Shown in pieces: positions 50,276 through 63,600 of a DNA stretch of 64,000 bases. Source of the DNA: an uncultured Pelagibacteraceae bacterium (GTDB lineage: Bacteria > Pseudomonadota > Alphaproteobacteria > Pelagibacterales > Pelagibacteraceae). The notes beneath the pieces are model-generated. The model worked only from the letters and a program-made list of their open reading frames with translations, searched no databases and was not told where the DNA came from. Each line of letters opens with the position of its first letter. Positions within the stretch are counted from its first letter, which is position 1. The stretch covers positions 22,215 through 86,214 of the forward strand of contig CABZXV010000001.1 in assembly GCA_902529785.1 (NCBI GenBank), given 5' to 3'. The position numbers and the translations under genes were made by a program.

Positions 50276-52087
50276 TCATTTTTCTTTTGAAATTTTTAAC
50301 ACTCCAATGAAAGCCTCTTGGGGTATTTCAACCTTTCCAAATTGTTTGGCCCTGGCTTTTCCTTTTTTCTGTTTTTCAAGTAATTTTCTTTTTCTATCAA
50401 CTGCTCCTCCTCCATGAATTTTAGTTAAAACATCTTTTTTAAAGCCTTTGATAGTTTCTCTTGCAATAATCTTACCGCCAATTGCTGCCTGAATTGGTAT
50501 CATAAAATTGTGCCTAGGAATTAAGTCTTTCAGTTTTTCACATACCTCCCTTCCAGTTTTTTGTGCAAAGTCTTTGTGAATCATCATAGCTAAAGCATCT
50601 ACAGGTTCGGAGTTTACTAAAATACTCATCTTGACTAAATCTCCCTCTTTATGGCCGATTATTTCATAATCGAAACTAGCATATCCACTTGTCATAGATT
50701 TTAGTCTATCATTAAAATCAAATACAACTTCGTTTAATGGTAATTCATAATTTACAACAGCTCTATTTCCTGAGTAACTTAGATTTGTTTGAACTCCTCG
50801 TTTATCTTGGCATAATTTTATTATTGGTCCAAGAAACTGGTCTGGCGTGATGATTGTAGCTTTGATCCATGGTTCCTCAATGAAATCAATTAAAGTTGGA
50901 TCAGGTAAACTTGATGGATTTTGTAAGTCTTTTACTTCACCGTTATTTAAATGGATCTTATAAACGACGCCTGGTGTAGTTGTTAGTAAGTTGATATCAA
51001 ATTCTCTTTCAAGCCTTTCCGTAACAATTTCTAAATGCAATAAACCCAAAAAACCACACCTGAAACCTAAACCTAAAGCAGAAGAAGACTCAGCCTCAAA
51101 AGAAAAACTAGAGTCGTTCAATTTAAGTTTAGCCAATCCATCTTTCAACTTTTGATATTCAGAACTATCTACAGGAAATAATCCACAAAAAACTACTGGC
51201 TTGCTTGGCTTAAATCCAGGGAGTATCTGAGTTAATGGTTTAGATGCATCACAAATTGTATCTCCAACTTTGGTTTCTGATAAAACTTTAATTCCAGTTG
51301 TAATAAAACCAATTTCTCCTGAATCGAGCTCATCAATATCTTTTGGTTTGGGGGTAAAAACACCAACTTTTTCAACAAAATACTCTTTTTTGGTAGACAT
51401 CATTTTAATTTTCATATTATTTTTAATTTTCCCATCAATTACTCTTACTAAAATTACTACACCAAGATAAGTGTCATACCAACTGTCTACCAACAAACAC
51501 TTTAATCTTTGATTTTTTTCACCTCTAGGTCCAGGTAAAGTTTGAATGATTTGCTCCAAAATATCATCAATACCCTCACCAGTTTTACCTGAACACGGAA
51601 CAGCATTTGAGGTATCTATACCAATAACATCCTCAATTTGTTTATTTGTTCTATCTATATCAGATGCAGGTAAATCAATTTTATTTAAAACTGGAATTAT
51701 TTCGTGATTAATATCTAATGCTTGATAAACATTAGCCAGAGTTTGAGCCTCAACACCTTGTGTACTATCCACTATTAATATTGAACCTTCACATGCATAC
51801 AAGGATCTACTAACTTCATAACTAAAGTCAACATGTCCTGGGGTATCTATTATATTTAAAATATAATTTTTTCCATCTTTGGATCTATAATTTAATTTTA
51901 CTGTTTGGGCCTTAATTGTAATACCTCTCTCTCTTTCAATATCCATAGAATCCAGAACTTGCGCCTTCATTTCTCTATCTGTTAATCCACCACATCTATG
52001 AATTATTCTATCTGCTATAGTGGATTTGCCGTGATCAATGTGTGCAATAATTGCAAAGTTTCGAATATTATCAATTTCAGTGGACAT
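50276..52087 (-). CDS. lepA: Elongation factor 4
   Basis: Motifs [38 protein letters not shown]. Confidence 0.97.
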   Translation of the reverse strand: MSTEIDNIRNFAIIAHIDHGKSTIADRIIHRCGGLTDREMKAQVLDSMDIERERGITIKAQTVKLNYRSKDGKNYILNIIDTPGHVDFSYEVSRSLYACEGSILIVDSTQGVEAQTLANVYQALDINHEIIPVLNKIDLPASDIDRTNKQIEDVIGIDTSNAVPCSGKTGEGIDDILEQIIQTLPGPRGEKNQRLKCLLVDSWYDTYLGVVILVRVIDGKIKNNMKIKMMSTKKEYFVEKVGVFTPKPKDIDELDSGEIGFITTGIKVLSETKVGDTICDASKPLTQILPGFKPSKPVVFCGLFPVDSSEYQKLKDGLAKLKLNDSSFSFEAESSSALGLGFRCGFLGLLHLEIVTERLEREFDINLLTTTPGVVYKIHLNNGEVKDLQNPSSLPDPTLIDFIEEPWIKATIITPDQFLGPIIKLCQDKRGVQTNLSYSGNRAVVNYELPLNEVVFDFNDRLKSMTSGYASFDYEIIGHKEGDLVKMSILVNSEPVDALAMMIHKDFAQKTGREVCEKLKDLIPRHNFMIPIQAAIGGKIIARETIKGFKKDVLTKIHGGGAVDRKRKLLEKQKKGKARAKQFGKVEIPQEAFIGVLKISKEK

Positions 52088-54496
52088 TTAGGATCTAATT
52101 TTTGCCCCAGACTTAGTTTCTACAGTAGTGATTATTAATTTATTAATTTTTTCAAGATCACTCTCCACTAATGTTTTTTCAGATGATTGAATTGTAACAT
52201 TTAGAGCTATTGATTTTTTTCCATCTGGAATATTTTCACCTTCATAAATATCAAAAATTTTAATTGATCTTATTAAATTTTTATCAATTGATGATATGAT
52301 TTCTATTAAATCTTGTGCTTTGTAATTTTTATCTACAACAAAAGCAAAATCCCTCTCTGATTTTTGATAGTCTGAATATTTAAAATTAGATTTTTGATCC
52401 TTTAGCTTTATTTTATTATCTTTTAAAAAATCTAGATAGATTTCAAAACCAACTACTCCCTCAGTTTTTATATCGAGCTTCTTAATAATATTTGGATGAA
52501 ATTCTCCAAAATATGCAACAGGATCAATATCATCCTTATCAAGATAAACTGAACCAGATTTTCCTGGATGATAGTACGTAGGAGATTTGTCTCTTATAAA
52601 AAAACTTTGTTTGTCATATCCAGCTTCCATTAATGTTTGAATTAAATCTTTTTTCACATCAAAAATGTCAACTGATCTTTCTTTTTCATTCCAGTTTAAT
52701 CTTGAAATTTTTCCTGATTTTATTGCACCTATTACCGTCAACTGTTCTCCCGGCTGGTTATTTTTAAAAATTGGTCCAATTTCAAAAAGCGAAATGTCTT
52801 TAAATCCTCTATCTAAATTTTTCTTTAAATAAAAAACTAAATTTGAAAAAATTGAATTTCTTAAAACATCTAAATCTGAGCTTATTGGATTTACTATTTT
52901 AATTTCTTTTAAATTTTCTTTAAAAAAATTATTTATTTTTGAGTCTGTGAATGACCATGTAACAGTCTCAAAATAACCTTTTGATGCTACAGAACGTTGT
53001 AAAAAATGAAAGAGTTTTTGTTGTTTATTTAATGTGTCTTTTAATCTATTTTTTTCTGGCTCTATAGTTTCAATATTTTCATACCCTTTAATTCTTACAA
53101 CTTCTTCAACTATATCTATCGGTTGACTTATGTCAGGTCTCCAAGAAGGAACCTTTAATTTTAATTCTGATTTCTTTCTGGAAACTTTAAAGCCCAGATC
53201 GTTCAAAATTTTAATAATTTCATTATCTTTAATTTTAAAACCTGTTATTTTTTCGAATAACGAAGTATTAAATTTAATTTCTGAGTTTTTATATTGTGTA
53301 ATTTTTTGAATATCAAATTTACTAATTTTTCCCCCACAAATTTGAGATATTAGTTGAGAGGCTTTTAGCAAACCTGTCTCTATTGATTGAGGATCGATTC
53401 CTCTTTCAAATCTAAATTTAGCATCAGTGTCAATGTTAAGCAATTTTGAGGTTTTTCTTATTGACCTAGGGATAAAGTATGCAGACTCCAATAAAATATT
53501 TTTAGTTTTTAACCCAGTACCAGAACGTGTTCCTCCAATTATCCCTCCTAAGCCTAACACGCCAGATTGATCGGATATAACACACATTCCATCGTCTAAT
53601 TTATATTCTTTATTGTCTAGGGCTTCAAAGGTTTCCCCTTTTTTTGAGTTTCTTACTATGATTTCATTATCAATTTTATCTGCATCATATGCATGTAGAG
53701 GTCTATTTAAATCAAGCATGACATAATTAGTTATATCTACAATTGCTGAAATTGGTTTTTGACCAAGAGACTCGATTTTCTCTTTCAACCATTTTGGACT
53801 TTCTTTATTGGTTACCCCTTTTATGAGACAACTCCCAAATATTGTACAACCTTGGTCTTTATCTTTAGTAATTGAAACTTTTACATTTTGAGATCCATTC
53901 TTCTTGATGTTTTTATGTGAAATACTTTTTAATTTACCAGCTCCTGCCGCAGCTAAATCTCTAGCTATTCCTCTCACCCCTAAACAGTCAGGTCGATTTG
54001 GGGTTATTGATAAATCAACAACTTTTTCAGTTTTGTTATTAAAAAAATTTTTACCTATTTTGTCTGAATATTTACTTAGTTTTAGCTCTGTTATTCCTTC
54101 ACTTTCATCTGATAATTTTAATTCTGACTCCGAACATAACATTCCATATGAGGTTACTCCTCTAATCTTGCTAACTGTAAGTTTCATATTATTTTTTGGA
54201 ATAACTGATCCAGGACCAGCGTAAACAGTTAAAAGACCTTTTTTAGCGTTTGGTGCTCCACAAACAACTTTAACAATATTTTGTTGCCCTATATCAACAT
54301 CACATACTCTAAGTCTATCTGCGTTTGGATGTTGTTCAGCATTTATAATTTTTGCCACTTTAAAATTGTCAAAATCAGAGCTAATATTTTCAAAACTCTC
54401 AACTTCAAGTCCAACATCAGTCAATTTATCAATAATCTGAATGTCTTTATGCTTGGTTTTAAGGTGATCCTTTAACCAACTCATTGTAAATTTCAT
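52088..54496 (-). CDS. pheT: Phenylalanyl-tRNA synthetase beta subunit
   Basis: Motifs HPNADRL, CGAPN, TPNRPDC, RFERG, PSWRPD, RDFAFVV. Confidence 0.97.
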   Translation of the reverse strand: MKFTMSWLKDHLKTKHKDIQIIDKLTDVGLEVESFENISSDFDNFKVAKIINAEQHPNADRLRVCDVDIGQQNIVKVVCGAPNAKKGLLTVYAGPGSVIPKNNMKLTVSKIRGVTSYGMLCSESELKLSDESEGITELKLSKYSDKIGKNFFNNKTEKVVDLSITPNRPDCLGVRGIARDLAAAGAGKLKSISHKNIKKNGSQNVKVSITKDKDQGCTIFGSCLIKGVTNKESPKWLKEKIESLGQKPISAIVDITNYVMLDLNRPLHAYDADKIDNEIIVRNSKKGETFEALDNKEYKLDDGMCVISDQSGVLGLGGIIGGTRSGTGLKTKNILLESAYFIPRSIRKTSKLLNIDTDAKFRFERGIDPQSIETGLLKASQLISQICGGKISKFDIQKITQYKNSEIKFNTSLFEKITGFKIKDNEIIKILNDLGFKVSRKKSELKLKVPSWRPDISQPIDIVEEVVRIKGYENIETIEPEKNRLKDTLNKQQKLFHFLQRSVASKGYFETVTWSFTDSKINNFFKENLKEIKIVNPISSDLDVLRNSIFSNLVFYLKKNLDRGFKDISLFEIGPIFKNNQPGEQLTVIGAIKSGKISRLNWNEKERSVDIFDVKKDLIQTLMEAGYDKQSFFIRDKSPTYYHPGKSGSVYLDKDDIDPVAYFGEFHPNIIKKLDIKTEGVVGFEIYLDFLKDNKIKLKDQKSNFKYSDYQKSERDFAFVVDKNYKAQDLIEIISSIDKNLIRSIKIFDIYEGENIPDGKKSIALNVTIQSSEKTLVESDLEKINKLIITTVETKSGAKIRS

Positions 54497-55560
54497 CTGC
54501 TTAGACCTCTGTAATTTGAAGGAACATCCAACGGATCAAAACCAAAGTGGTTGAGCCATCTATAGTCAGTCTCAAAAAAAGCTCTTAAATCGTTTATGCC
54601 ATATTTCAGCATTCCAAGTCTATCAATACCAATACCAAAAGCATAGCCTTGGTATTTATCTGGATTTACATTTACATTTTTTAGGACATTTGGGTGTACC
54701 ATTCCGCATCCCAGGATTTCTAACCATTTATCGCCCTCACCAATAACTATTTTTCCGTCCTTTAACTCGTAACCAATGTCAACTTCTGCCGATGGTTCAG
54801 TAAATGGAAAATGGCTAGGTCTAAATCTCATTTTTATTTTATCTATTTCGAAAAAAGATTTTATAAAATAATTCAAACAGCCTTTTAAATGACCCATATT
54901 TATTTCTTTATCAATATGAAGTCCTTCGACTTGATGAAACATTGGGGAATGAGTTTGATCACTATCAGATCTATATGTTCTTCCAGGAGCTATAATCTTA
55001 AATGGAGGTTTTCCATTCAACATTGTTCTAACTTGTACAGGAGATGTATGAGTTCTTAATAGTATTTCTTTATTATTATCTAAATAAAAAGTATCATGCA
55101 TATCTCTTGCTGGATGGTTATCAGGAGTATTTAATGCAGTAAAATTATAATGTTCATTTTCTACATCCGGCCCTTCTTCTACACTGAAACCTATTTCAGA
55201 AAATATTGAAGATATCTCATCAATAACTTGTGAAACAGGATGTATTTTTCCTGGTTTTATTTCTCTCTCAGGTAAAGTTACATCTATTTTTTCATTCTCA
55301 AGTTTAGAATTAATCACTTTAATTTCAATTTCTTGGAGTTTAGAATTTATTTTTTCTTGTAGTTCCTCTTTAATTAAATTTAAATCTGATGCAAATTTTT
55401 TTCTTTCATCATTAGGCAGAGAACCTAATTTTTTAAAGGAATTAGAAATTTGTCCATTTTTACCAAACAATTCAGTTTTTATTTGATTGACACTTTCTAT
55501 GTCTAGATTGTTGTCTAATTTTTTTAAATATTCATCTTTAATTTTTTTTATATCGGACAT
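54493..55560 (-). CDS. pheS: Phenylalanyl-tRNA synthetase alpha subunit
   Basis: Motifs [36 protein letters not shown]. Confidence 0.97.
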   Translation of the reverse strand: MSDIKKIKDEYLKKLDNNLDIESVNQIKTELFGKNGQISNSFKKLGSLPNDERKKFASDLNLIKEELQEKINSKLQEIEIKVINSKLENEKIDVTLPEREIKPGKIHPVSQVIDEISSIFSEIGFSVEEGPDVENEHYNFTALNTPDNHPARDMHDTFYLDNNKEILLRTHTSPVQVRTMLNGKPPFKIIAPGRTYRSDSDQTHSPMFHQVEGLHIDKEINMGHLKGCLNYFIKSFFEIDKIKMRFRPSHFPFTEPSAEVDIGYELKDGKIVIGEGDKWLEILGCGMVHPNVLKNVNVNPDKYQGYAFGIGIDRLGMLKYGINDLRAFFETDYRWLNHFGFDPLDVPSNYRGLSR

Positions 55561-55603
55561 ATTCGTAGAATATTTGTTAACTCTAGAAAAACAACAATGA
55601 AAA

Positions 55604-55960
55604 TTAGTTTAATGCTGCTTGAGCTTTTTTAACTATAGTTTTAAATGCTTCTGGATTATCGTAAGCTATTTCAGCGAGTATTTTTCTATCTATTTTAATA
55701 CCTGTCTTACTTAGGCCGTTAATAAATTTAGAATATGTTAAACCTTCAGATCTAACTCCAGCGTTAATTCTTTGTATCCAAAGTGATTTAAAGTCTCTTT
55801 TTTTATTTCTTCTATCTCTATAAGCGTACTGCATAGCTTTTTCCATAGCCTGTCGAGCAACTCTTATGGTATTTTTTCTTCTTCCCCACTGACCTTTGAC
55901 GGCCTTTAATACTTTTTTGTGCTTAGCTCTGCTTGTTACACCTCTTTTTACTCTAGCCAT
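55604..55960 (-). CDS. rplT: 50S ribosomal protein L20
   Basis: Motifs [23 protein letters not shown]. Confidence 0.97.
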   Translation of the reverse strand: MARVKRGVTSRAKHKKVLKAVKGQWGRRKNTIRVARQAMEKAMQYAYRDRRNKKRDFKSLWIQRINAGVRSEGLTYSKFINGLSKTGIKIDRKILAEIAYDNPEAFKTIVKKAQAALN

Positions 55961-55961
55961 T

Positions 55962-56168
55962 TTATCCTCTTAGGTTATACGGCATATAAGATTTTACAAT
56001 CTTACCATCTTGTTTAGACATCACCGTAGTGCCTCTTTGTTTTCTTATTTGTGAATTAGTTCTTTTAATCATACCATGCCTTTTACCAGCTTGAGCAGTT
56101 ATTACTTTACCTCTAGCTGATATTTTAAATCTTTTTTTTGCTGAACTTTTTGTTTTTAATTTAGGCAT
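55962..56168 (-). CDS. rpmI: 50S ribosomal protein L35
   Basis: [15 protein letters not shown]; start moved to ATG 56168. Confidence 0.96.
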   Translation of the reverse strand: MPKLKTKSSAKKRFKISARGKVITAQAGKRHGMIKRTNSQIRKQRGTTVMSKQDGKIVKSYMPYNLRG

Positions 56169-56222
56169 AATTTTTGAGGGGTTATACAAATATTAATATT
56201 AATTTACAACCAGAAATAAAGC

Positions 56223-56768
56223 TTATAAAGGCTGGATAACCATAATCATTTGTTTGCCATCAAACTTGGGCTGAAGCTCAACTCGTCCAACGGCCTCCAT
56301 ATCCTGTTTGATCTTATCCATTAACTCATTGCCTAAGGTAGAATGCTGTAATTCTCTTCCTTTGAACCTTATTGTAAATTTAACCTTATCTCCTTTAGCT
56401 ATAAATTTTTGTGCATTCTTTATTTTAAAAGTATAATCATGTACTTCAGTAACAGGCCTTAATTTAATTTCTTTTAATTCAATCTTTTTTTGCTTTTTCT
56501 TTGCTTTATTTGCTTTTTTTTGAGCATCATATTTATATTTTCCCATGTCCATAATTTTGCACACGGGAGGTTTTGCATTTGGAGCAATTTCAATTAAATC
56601 TAAACCTTCCTCTTTTGCTCTACTAATTGCATCTTGTAAATTTAAAATTCCTAAGTTATCGCCGTCGCTTGCGATGACTTGAACATCTTGAGAAGTTATC
56701 CTTTGGTTGGTTCTAGGACCTTTAGGCTTAGTTCTTTTCTGAAAATAGTTTTGTTTAAAATCTGCCAC
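56223..56768 (-). CDS. infC: Translation initiation factor IF-3
   Basis: Motifs PPVCKIMDMGKYKY, KEIKLRP, GDKVK, FKGRE; exact start uncertain. Confidence 0.95.
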   Translation of the reverse strand: MADFKQNYFQKRTKPKGPRTNQRITSQDVQVIASDGDNLGILNLQDAISRAKEEGLDLIEIAPNAKPPVCKIMDMGKYKYDAQKKANKAKKKQKKIELKEIKLRPVTEVHDYTFKIKNAQKFIAKGDKVKFTIRFKGRELQHSTLGNELMDKIKQDMEAVGRVELQPKFDGKQMIMVIQPL

Positions 56769-58688
56769 TTAGATTGAAGGTGCTTTGTTAAGAGCAGAAT
56801 ATTTTCTTAAGAATTCTTTTAATTCCATAGTTTCCTGTTTTTTAGAATCCAATCTTCTAATAGTTACTGTGTTACTGTCAACTTCTTTTTTTCCACATAT
56901 TAGTAGCATTGGGACTTTAGTTAATGAATGTTCTCTAATTTTATAATTTAAATTATGATTTTTTAAATCAACTTCAGAACTTAAACCAACTTTTTTTAAC
57001 TCATTGTTTACTTGTTTTGCGTATTCATCAAAATCACTTGAAATGGGTATAACTATAGTTTGGACTGGACAAAGCCAGAATGGTAATTTTCCAGAGTAAT
57101 TTTCAATTAAAATTCCTATAAATCTTTCTAATGAACCAAATAAAGCTCTGTGTAGCATGACAGGTACTTTTTTGTTTCCATCACTGTCAATAAATGATGC
57201 ACCTAACCTACTTGGTAAGTTTAAATCAACTTGTAAAGTTCCACATTGCCAATCTCTTCCGATTGCATCTCTTAAAACAAATTCTATTTTAGGACCATAA
57301 AAAGCGCCTTCACCCTTGTTTACAGAGTATTCTAGTTTTGTTGCCTTTATAGCTTCCAATAATGCAGCTTCTGACTTGTCCCAAACTTTATCATCCCCAA
57401 CTCTTAAGTCTGGTCGATCAGAATATTTCAAAATTACATCTTCAAATCCTAAATCTTTATAAATTTCTAAGATCAAATTTGTTACGCTCAAACATTCTTC
57501 TGTGATTTGCTCCTCTGTACAAAAAATATGTGCATCATCTTGAGTGAATGCTCTAACACGCAATAATCCGTGAAGTGCTCCAGAGGGCTCATATCTATGA
57601 ACTTTTCCAAATTCCGACATTTTGAGTGGTAAATCTCTGTAACTTTTTAAACCTTGATTGAAAACCTGAACACATCCTGGACAATTCATTGGTTTAATAG
57701 CAAAAACTTTTTCATCTGGAGTAGTAGAGGTGTACATATTTGCGCCAAATTTTTCCCAATGACCAGATTTTTCCCAAAGTGATCGATCTAATATTTCTGG
57801 AGTGTTTATTTCCTGATATCCTGCAGTTTCTTGCTTCATTCTCATATAAGAAATAAGTTTCTGAAATAAGTTCCATCCTTTTTGGTGCCAAAATACAGAG
57901 CCAGGACTTTCTTCTCTAAAATGAAACAAATCCATCTCTTTACCTATTTTTCTATGATCTCTTTTTTCTGCTTCTTCTATTCTTTGAAGATACAAATCCA
58001 GGTCTTTTTGATTGGCCCAGCTAGTTCCATAAATTCTTTGCAACATTTCATTATTAGAATCACCTCTCCAATAAGCCCCTGATACTTTTGTTAATTTAAA
58101 TGCTTTACCAATTTTACTAGAAGATTCTAAATGGGGACCTCTACATAGATCATGCCATGTATCACCATGATGATAAACCGTAAGCATCTCATTTTTTGGA
58201 ATACTTTCAATTATTTCAGCTTTATATTTTTCTCCAATTTTTTTAAAATGAGATATTGCCTTATCTCTTTCCCAAATTTCCCTTCTAGTTTTTACATCCT
58301 TATCAATTATCTCTGACATTTTATTTTCAATTTTTTTAAGGTCATCACTGGTAAAAGGTTCCTTTCTAGCAAAGTCATAATAAAAGCCATTTTCTATAAC
58401 TGGACCAATTGTTACCTGTGTTCCTGGAAATAATTCCTGGACGGCCATTGCCATAATATGTGCTGTATCATGCCTAATAACTTCTAATCCCTCAGGATCT
58501 TTTGCAGTATAAATTTTAATTGAACTATCCTTATCTATTGTTGAATACAAATCTTTTAATTCACCATTTACACTCATCACTAAGGCTTGTTTAGCTAGTG
58601 ATTTACTTATTTTTTCTGCAATCTCTGAACCTGTTACACTTTTATCAAAGTTTAATTTTTTTCCGTCAGGTAATGTAATATTTGGCAT
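56769..58688 (-). CDS. thrS: Threonyl-tRNA synthetase
   Basis: Motifs RHDTAH, DLCRGPH, KRDHRK, KPMNCPG, GAFYGPK, GSLERF. Confidence 0.97.
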   Translation of the reverse strand: MPNITLPDGKKLNFDKSVTGSEIAEKISKSLAKQALVMSVNGELKDLYSTIDKDSSIKIYTAKDPEGLEVIRHDTAHIMAMAVQELFPGTQVTIGPVIENGFYYDFARKEPFTSDDLKKIENKMSEIIDKDVKTRREIWERDKAISHFKKIGEKYKAEIIESIPKNEMLTVYHHGDTWHDLCRGPHLESSSKIGKAFKLTKVSGAYWRGDSNNEMLQRIYGTSWANQKDLDLYLQRIEEAEKRDHRKIGKEMDLFHFREESPGSVFWHQKGWNLFQKLISYMRMKQETAGYQEINTPEILDRSLWEKSGHWEKFGANMYTSTTPDEKVFAIKPMNCPGCVQVFNQGLKSYRDLPLKMSEFGKVHRYEPSGALHGLLRVRAFTQDDAHIFCTEEQITEECLSVTNLILEIYKDLGFEDVILKYSDRPDLRVGDDKVWDKSEAALLEAIKATKLEYSVNKGEGAFYGPKIEFVLRDAIGRDWQCGTLQVDLNLPSRLGASFIDSDGNKKVPVMLHRALFGSLERFIGILIENYSGKLPFWLCPVQTIVIPISSDFDEYAKQVNNELKKVGLSSEVDLKNHNLNYKIREHSLTKVPMLLICGKKEVDSNTVTIRRLDSKKQETMELKEFLRKYSALNKAPSI

Positions 58689-59842
58689 TAATTAAATAGT
58701 TTTTTGTACTCTGAATAAGTAGAAAAACACATTTTTTCAACATTAAATTTCTTTATGGCATTTTCTCTTCCAAAATTACCCATTTTTGAAAGTTCATCAG
58801 GATCTAAGTTCATTACTTGTATAATTTTTTTTGATAAATCATCAGAGTCACCTGCTTCAAATAATATTCCAGATTTTCCATCAACTACTGTCTCTTTAGA
58901 TCCACCAATATTACTAGCGAGAATTAATTTTTGCATAGACTGAGCTTCTACAGCAACTCTCCCAAAAGCTTCAGGTTCAATTGATGTGGAGACAACAATG
59001 TCAGATATTTTGTAAGCTAATGGCATATTTTTACAATGATCAATAAATCTTATTTGTTTGGTAAGTCTGTATTGTTCAACAAGTCTAATTAATTTTTTTT
59101 TATAAAGATCTCGCCCTTGGTCGTTACCTAAAATTACTGCAATGAAAGAATCGTTCCCTAACTGAATATTTACTTTACTTAATGCCTCTAAAAACATTTC
59201 TTGGCCTTTCCAAGCTGTTAATCTACCTGGTAATAAAATTATTTTTTTTCCGACTTTCAAATCCCATGACTTAAATAATTTATCTTCATCAGTTTCTAAT
59301 GTTGTTGAAGAGTCAAAATAATCTGTATTTATACCTCTAAATATAGAAAGCAATTTTTTTTTATCTGTTAGATATTCTGTATAATTTTCTTTGATGTGTG
59401 AAAAAATAAAATTAGATCCAGCAATAATTAAATCAGATCTAACCATTACAGAATTATAAAATTTTTTTAACTTATTTTTGTAATTATAAGTTCCATGAAA
59501 AGTCGTAACAAACTTTCTTCTTGTAATTTTTGTTGCAATTAAACATGACCATGCAGGCGCTCTACTTCTAGCATGAACAATATTTATCCCATTTATTAAA
59601 ATAATTGCAGAAATAATTAGTGAATTAATAAAAATGAGTATAGGATTTTTTGAGTGAACAGGAAGTCTAATAAGTTTGACTTTTTTTCTGTCTAAGTATT
59701 GTAGAAGTTCACCACCACTTGTAATTAGATATGATCTAACATTATTTTCTGGCAAGTAATGTGCAATATCATAACAACCAGTTTCTGCACCACCATAACC
59801 TAACTTAGGAATTACCTGTAGTACTTTTAATTTAGACTGCAT
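58688..59842 (-). CDS. Glycosyltransferase family 4
   Basis: Motifs GGAE, HARSRAPAW, PGRLTAWKG, EPEAFGRVAVEAQ. Confidence 0.9.
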   Translation of the reverse strand: MQSKLKVLQVIPKLGYGGAETGCYDIAHYLPENNVRSYLITSGGELLQYLDRKKVKLIRLPVHSKNPILIFINSLIISAIILINGINIVHARSRAPAWSCLIATKITRRKFVTTFHGTYNYKNKLKKFYNSVMVRSDLIIAGSNFIFSHIKENYTEYLTDKKKLLSIFRGINTDYFDSSTTLETDEDKLFKSWDLKVGKKIILLPGRLTAWKGQEMFLEALSKVNIQLGNDSFIAVILGNDQGRDLYKKKLIRLVEQYRLTKQIRFIDHCKNMPLAYKISDIVVSTSIEPEAFGRVAVEAQSMQKLILASNIGGSKETVVDGKSGILFEAGDSDDLSKKIIQVMNLDPDELSKMGNFGRENAIKKFNVEKMCFSTYSEYKKLFN

Positions 59843-59881
59843 GTGATAATAATATATACCTAGTCAACATGAATACTTTAT

Positions 59882-60643
59882 ATGAAAAAAAATAAATTTC
59901 TAAGAATTTCTAAATATAAAAAACTAAGATATATCGCAAATAATTATAAGAAAAATCTCTACATAGTTTTTTTACCAGGTTTTGCATCAGATATAGATGG
60001 AGATAAACCTAAGAAATTTTTAAATTTTAGCATTAAAAATAAATTAGGGTTTTTAGCATTAGAATATTTTGGTCATGGAAGGTCTTCAGGAGAATTTACA
60101 AAAGGTAATATTACAAAATGGTCAAATGATGCGAAGACTGCAATTAATAAAATAGTAAAAAAAAATGATTTTATTTTAATTGGCTCAAGTATGGGTGGAT
60201 GGATTTCGATGATAATGCACAGATATTTTAGTTCTCAAATTAAAGGCTTCCTAGGTATTGGATCTGCACCTGAGTTTCTTACAAGAATTATGTGGAAAAA
60301 ATTTCCAAAAAAAACAAAGTATGAAATAATCAAAAAAGGAATATCTAAAATTAAAAATGGTGATTATGAATACTTAATTACTAAACAGCTTATTTTTGAT
60401 GGAAAAAAAACTACTAATAAAGTCCTTAATAAAAAGTTAAGTAATACTATACCTGTCACAATGGTTCACGGACAAAAAGATGAGGTAGTACCTATAAAAT
60501 ACTCAAGAATGGTTTTAAAAACTTTTCCTAAAGCAGATAAAAAGCTTTTAATAATAAAGAATGGAGATCATAGTCTCTCCTCAAGTAAAAATTTAAGTAT
60601 AATTTGTAAAGAACTACAAAAAATAATTAAAAAAGTTAACTAG
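59882..60643 (+). CDS. Alpha/beta hydrolase
   Basis: Motifs GHGRSSG, nucleophile elbow GSSMGG, HGQKDEVVP, GDHSLS. Confidence 0.9.
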   Translation: MKKNKFLRISKYKKLRYIANNYKKNLYIVFLPGFASDIDGDKPKKFLNFSIKNKLGFLALEYFGHGRSSGEFTKGNITKWSNDAKTAINKIVKKNDFILIGSSMGGWISMIMHRYFSSQIKGFLGIGSAPEFLTRIMWKKFPKKTKYEIIKKGISKIKNGDYEYLITKQLIFDGKKTTNKVLNKKLSNTIPVTMVHGQKDEVVPIKYSRMVLKTFPKADKKLLIIKNGDHSLSSSKNLSIICKELQKIIKKVN

Positions 60644-63600
60644 CTTTACCAACAATACTTTTATTAGTAATTGGATTTTCAAGTTTATCTATCATTTCTT
60701 TAGGGCAAACTTGTAAAAAATTATTTACCTCCAAATCAAAATTTTCGAGTATATTTTTAGAAACATTAGACTCTGTTTCTTGATAATGTTTTGAGACTAA
60801 TTTCTTTAAATTATTTTTCCAAAACTCTGTCTCGGGTGTTTGCCAAATAATTGTCTCTGGATTTGCTTTTTTTGGAAATTCATTGTTAGGATCATATACA
60901 AAAGCCATTCCACCTGTCATACCTGCTCCAAAATTATCTCCAACATCACCTAATATTACAATCGATCCCCCTGTCATATACTCACATCCATTTGAGTCGC
61001 AACCTTCAACTACCGCAGTTGCTCCTGAGTTTCTTACTGCAAATCTTTCACCCGCTTGTCCTGCTGCTAATAAAGTTCCCGATGTTGCTCCATATAAGAC
61101 TGTATTTCCTATAATAGTATTTTTGTTTGAGACCAAATTACTTTCCTCAGGAAGTTTAACTATTACAGATGCACCTGACAAACCTTTGGCAACGTAATCA
61201 TTAGCATCCCCTTTTAAAATTAATTTAAGTCCTTTAATCCCAAATGCCCCAAATGATTGTCCGGCTGATCCTTTAAAATTGAGTGAAAAAGTATTTTCCT
61301 CTAATTTATTATTTCCAAATTTTTTATATAAATGATAAGAGATTCTTGTTCCTACTGCTCTATCAGTGTTTTTTATTTCATATGTTTTATCTAATGGAGA
61401 ATTATTATCTATTAAGTTTTCTACCTCTGGCCAAATTTTTTGATCCAATGTATCTGGAACCTCATTAATTATAGGTTTCTCACAATATCTTTTATTTTTA
61501 CCGGGGTCAGCTTGTACAAATAAAGGATTTAAATCTAAATCATCCAAATTTGGTGATCCTTTACTTACCTGCCTTAATAAGTCAGTTCTACCAATGACCT
61601 CATTAAGAGACTTAAAACCTAAACTTGCTAGAATTTCTCTTACTTCTTCCGCTATAAAAGAAAATAAGTTCACTACCTTGTCTGGTGTACCAGTAAACTT
61701 TTTTCTAAGCTCATCATCTTGAGTACAAACACCGACTGGACAAGTGTTAGAGTGACATTGTCTTACCATAATGCATCCCATTGCAACTAACGCTGTAGTA
61801 GCTACACCAAACTCTTCTGCGCCCATCATTGCTGCCATAACTACATCTCTTCCAGTTTTAATTCCTCCATCCGTTCTCAGAGTAACAAGGTGTCGTAGTT
61901 TATTTAAAGTCAAAACTTGATTTGCTTCTGTTAATCCCATTTCCCATGGAATACCAACATATTTAACGCTTGTTTGAGGAGTAGCGCCTGTTCCACCATT
62001 ATGACCAGAAATTAAAATGATATCAGCTTTTGCTTTAGCAACTCCTGCAGCAATAGTTCCTATTCCAGAGGAAGCTACTAATTTTACACCCACTCTAGCC
62101 TTAGGATTGATTTGCTTTAAATCATAAATTAGTTGTGCGAGATCCTCTATTGAGTAGATATCATGATGTGGAGGAGGTGAAATTAGTGTCACTCCTGGAG
62201 TAGAATGTCTTAATTTAGCTATTTCTTCAGTAACCTTAAACCCAGGTAATTGACCCCCTTCACCAGGTTTTGCACCTTGTGCAATTTTAATTTCAATTTC
62301 ATTACAATTATTTAAATAATTTATAGTTACTCCAAATCTTGCAGATGCTATTTGTTTTACTCTTGAATTGGCGCTATCTCCATTTTCTAGAACTTTAAAT
62401 CTATTTTCATCTTCTCCGCCTTCGCCACTACAAGAAGCACCCTTTATCCTATTCATACCCATAGCAAGTGTTTCATGAGCTTCTTTTGATAAAGCACCAT
62501 GAGACATACTTCCACTTCCAAATCTTTTCATGATTTCACTTATTGGCTCGACTTCGTCAATTGCTATTGCCTCTTGATTTTTAAAGTCAATTAAATCTCT
62601 TAAATTAATTGGTTTTAAACCGTAAATTCCTTTGGTGTATTTTTTATAAGTATCATAAGAATTTGATCCAACTGCAGCTTGCAAAAGATGAATTAATTTT
62701 CCTTGATATTGGTGAGTTTCTCCATTTTTTCTATATCTATAAATTCCTCCTATGGGTAAAATATTGGAATGAATGTCAAAAGCATCCTTATGTATACCTC
62801 TTATCTTTTTTTCTATACCACTTAATCCAATTCCAGAAATTTTAGATATTACCCCTGGGAAATAATCTTTAACAATTGTTCTACTTAGTCCTACAGTTTC
62901 AAAATTACATCCTCCTCTATAAGAACTTAAAACAGAAATACCCATCTTTGACATTATTTTTAACAGGCCAAAGTTTACAGATTTTATATACCTACTGACA
63001 CACTCATCAAAAGAAAATTTACCAAAAAGTTTTTTAGAGTATCTTTGAAATAAACTATCGAATGCAAGATAAGGATTTACAGTTGTTGCTCCAACACCTA
63101 TAAGCGTAGCAAATGAGTGTGTATCAAGAGCATCTCCTGTTTGAACATTGATAGAAACATATCCTCTTAGTCCTAATTTTATTAAATGAGTATTTATTGC
63201 TCCAATACATAAAAGCATTGGCATTGGCAGTTTTGTTTCGGATATATTTTTATCTGACAAAATAAGTTGTGTTACACCTTCTCTGACTGCTTTCTCTGCA
63301 TCCCTTTTTAATATATTAATTGAACTTTCAAGTGTTTCTTCTTTGTCGAAAATACAATTTAAAATTCTATAATTATCACCAAAGTACTTTACAAATTTTT
63401 CAAACTGATTGTTTGAGAGAATAGGACTGTCTAAAACATAAATGTTTTCCTCAGTAAGATCTGAAAAATCAAGAATATTGCCAAGATTTCCAAACCTAGT
63501 TTTTAAACTCATAACCTTATTTTCTCTTAGAGAGTCAATTGGAGGGTTTGTTACTTGACTAAAGTTCTGTCTAAAAAAATGGTAAAGAGGCCTATATTTG

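Noticed and set aside
55561-55603. pheM-like Phe leader or attenuator upstream of pheS
   Set aside because: The spacer is 43 bp with no Phe-rich ORF or terminator. It looks like a simple promoter.
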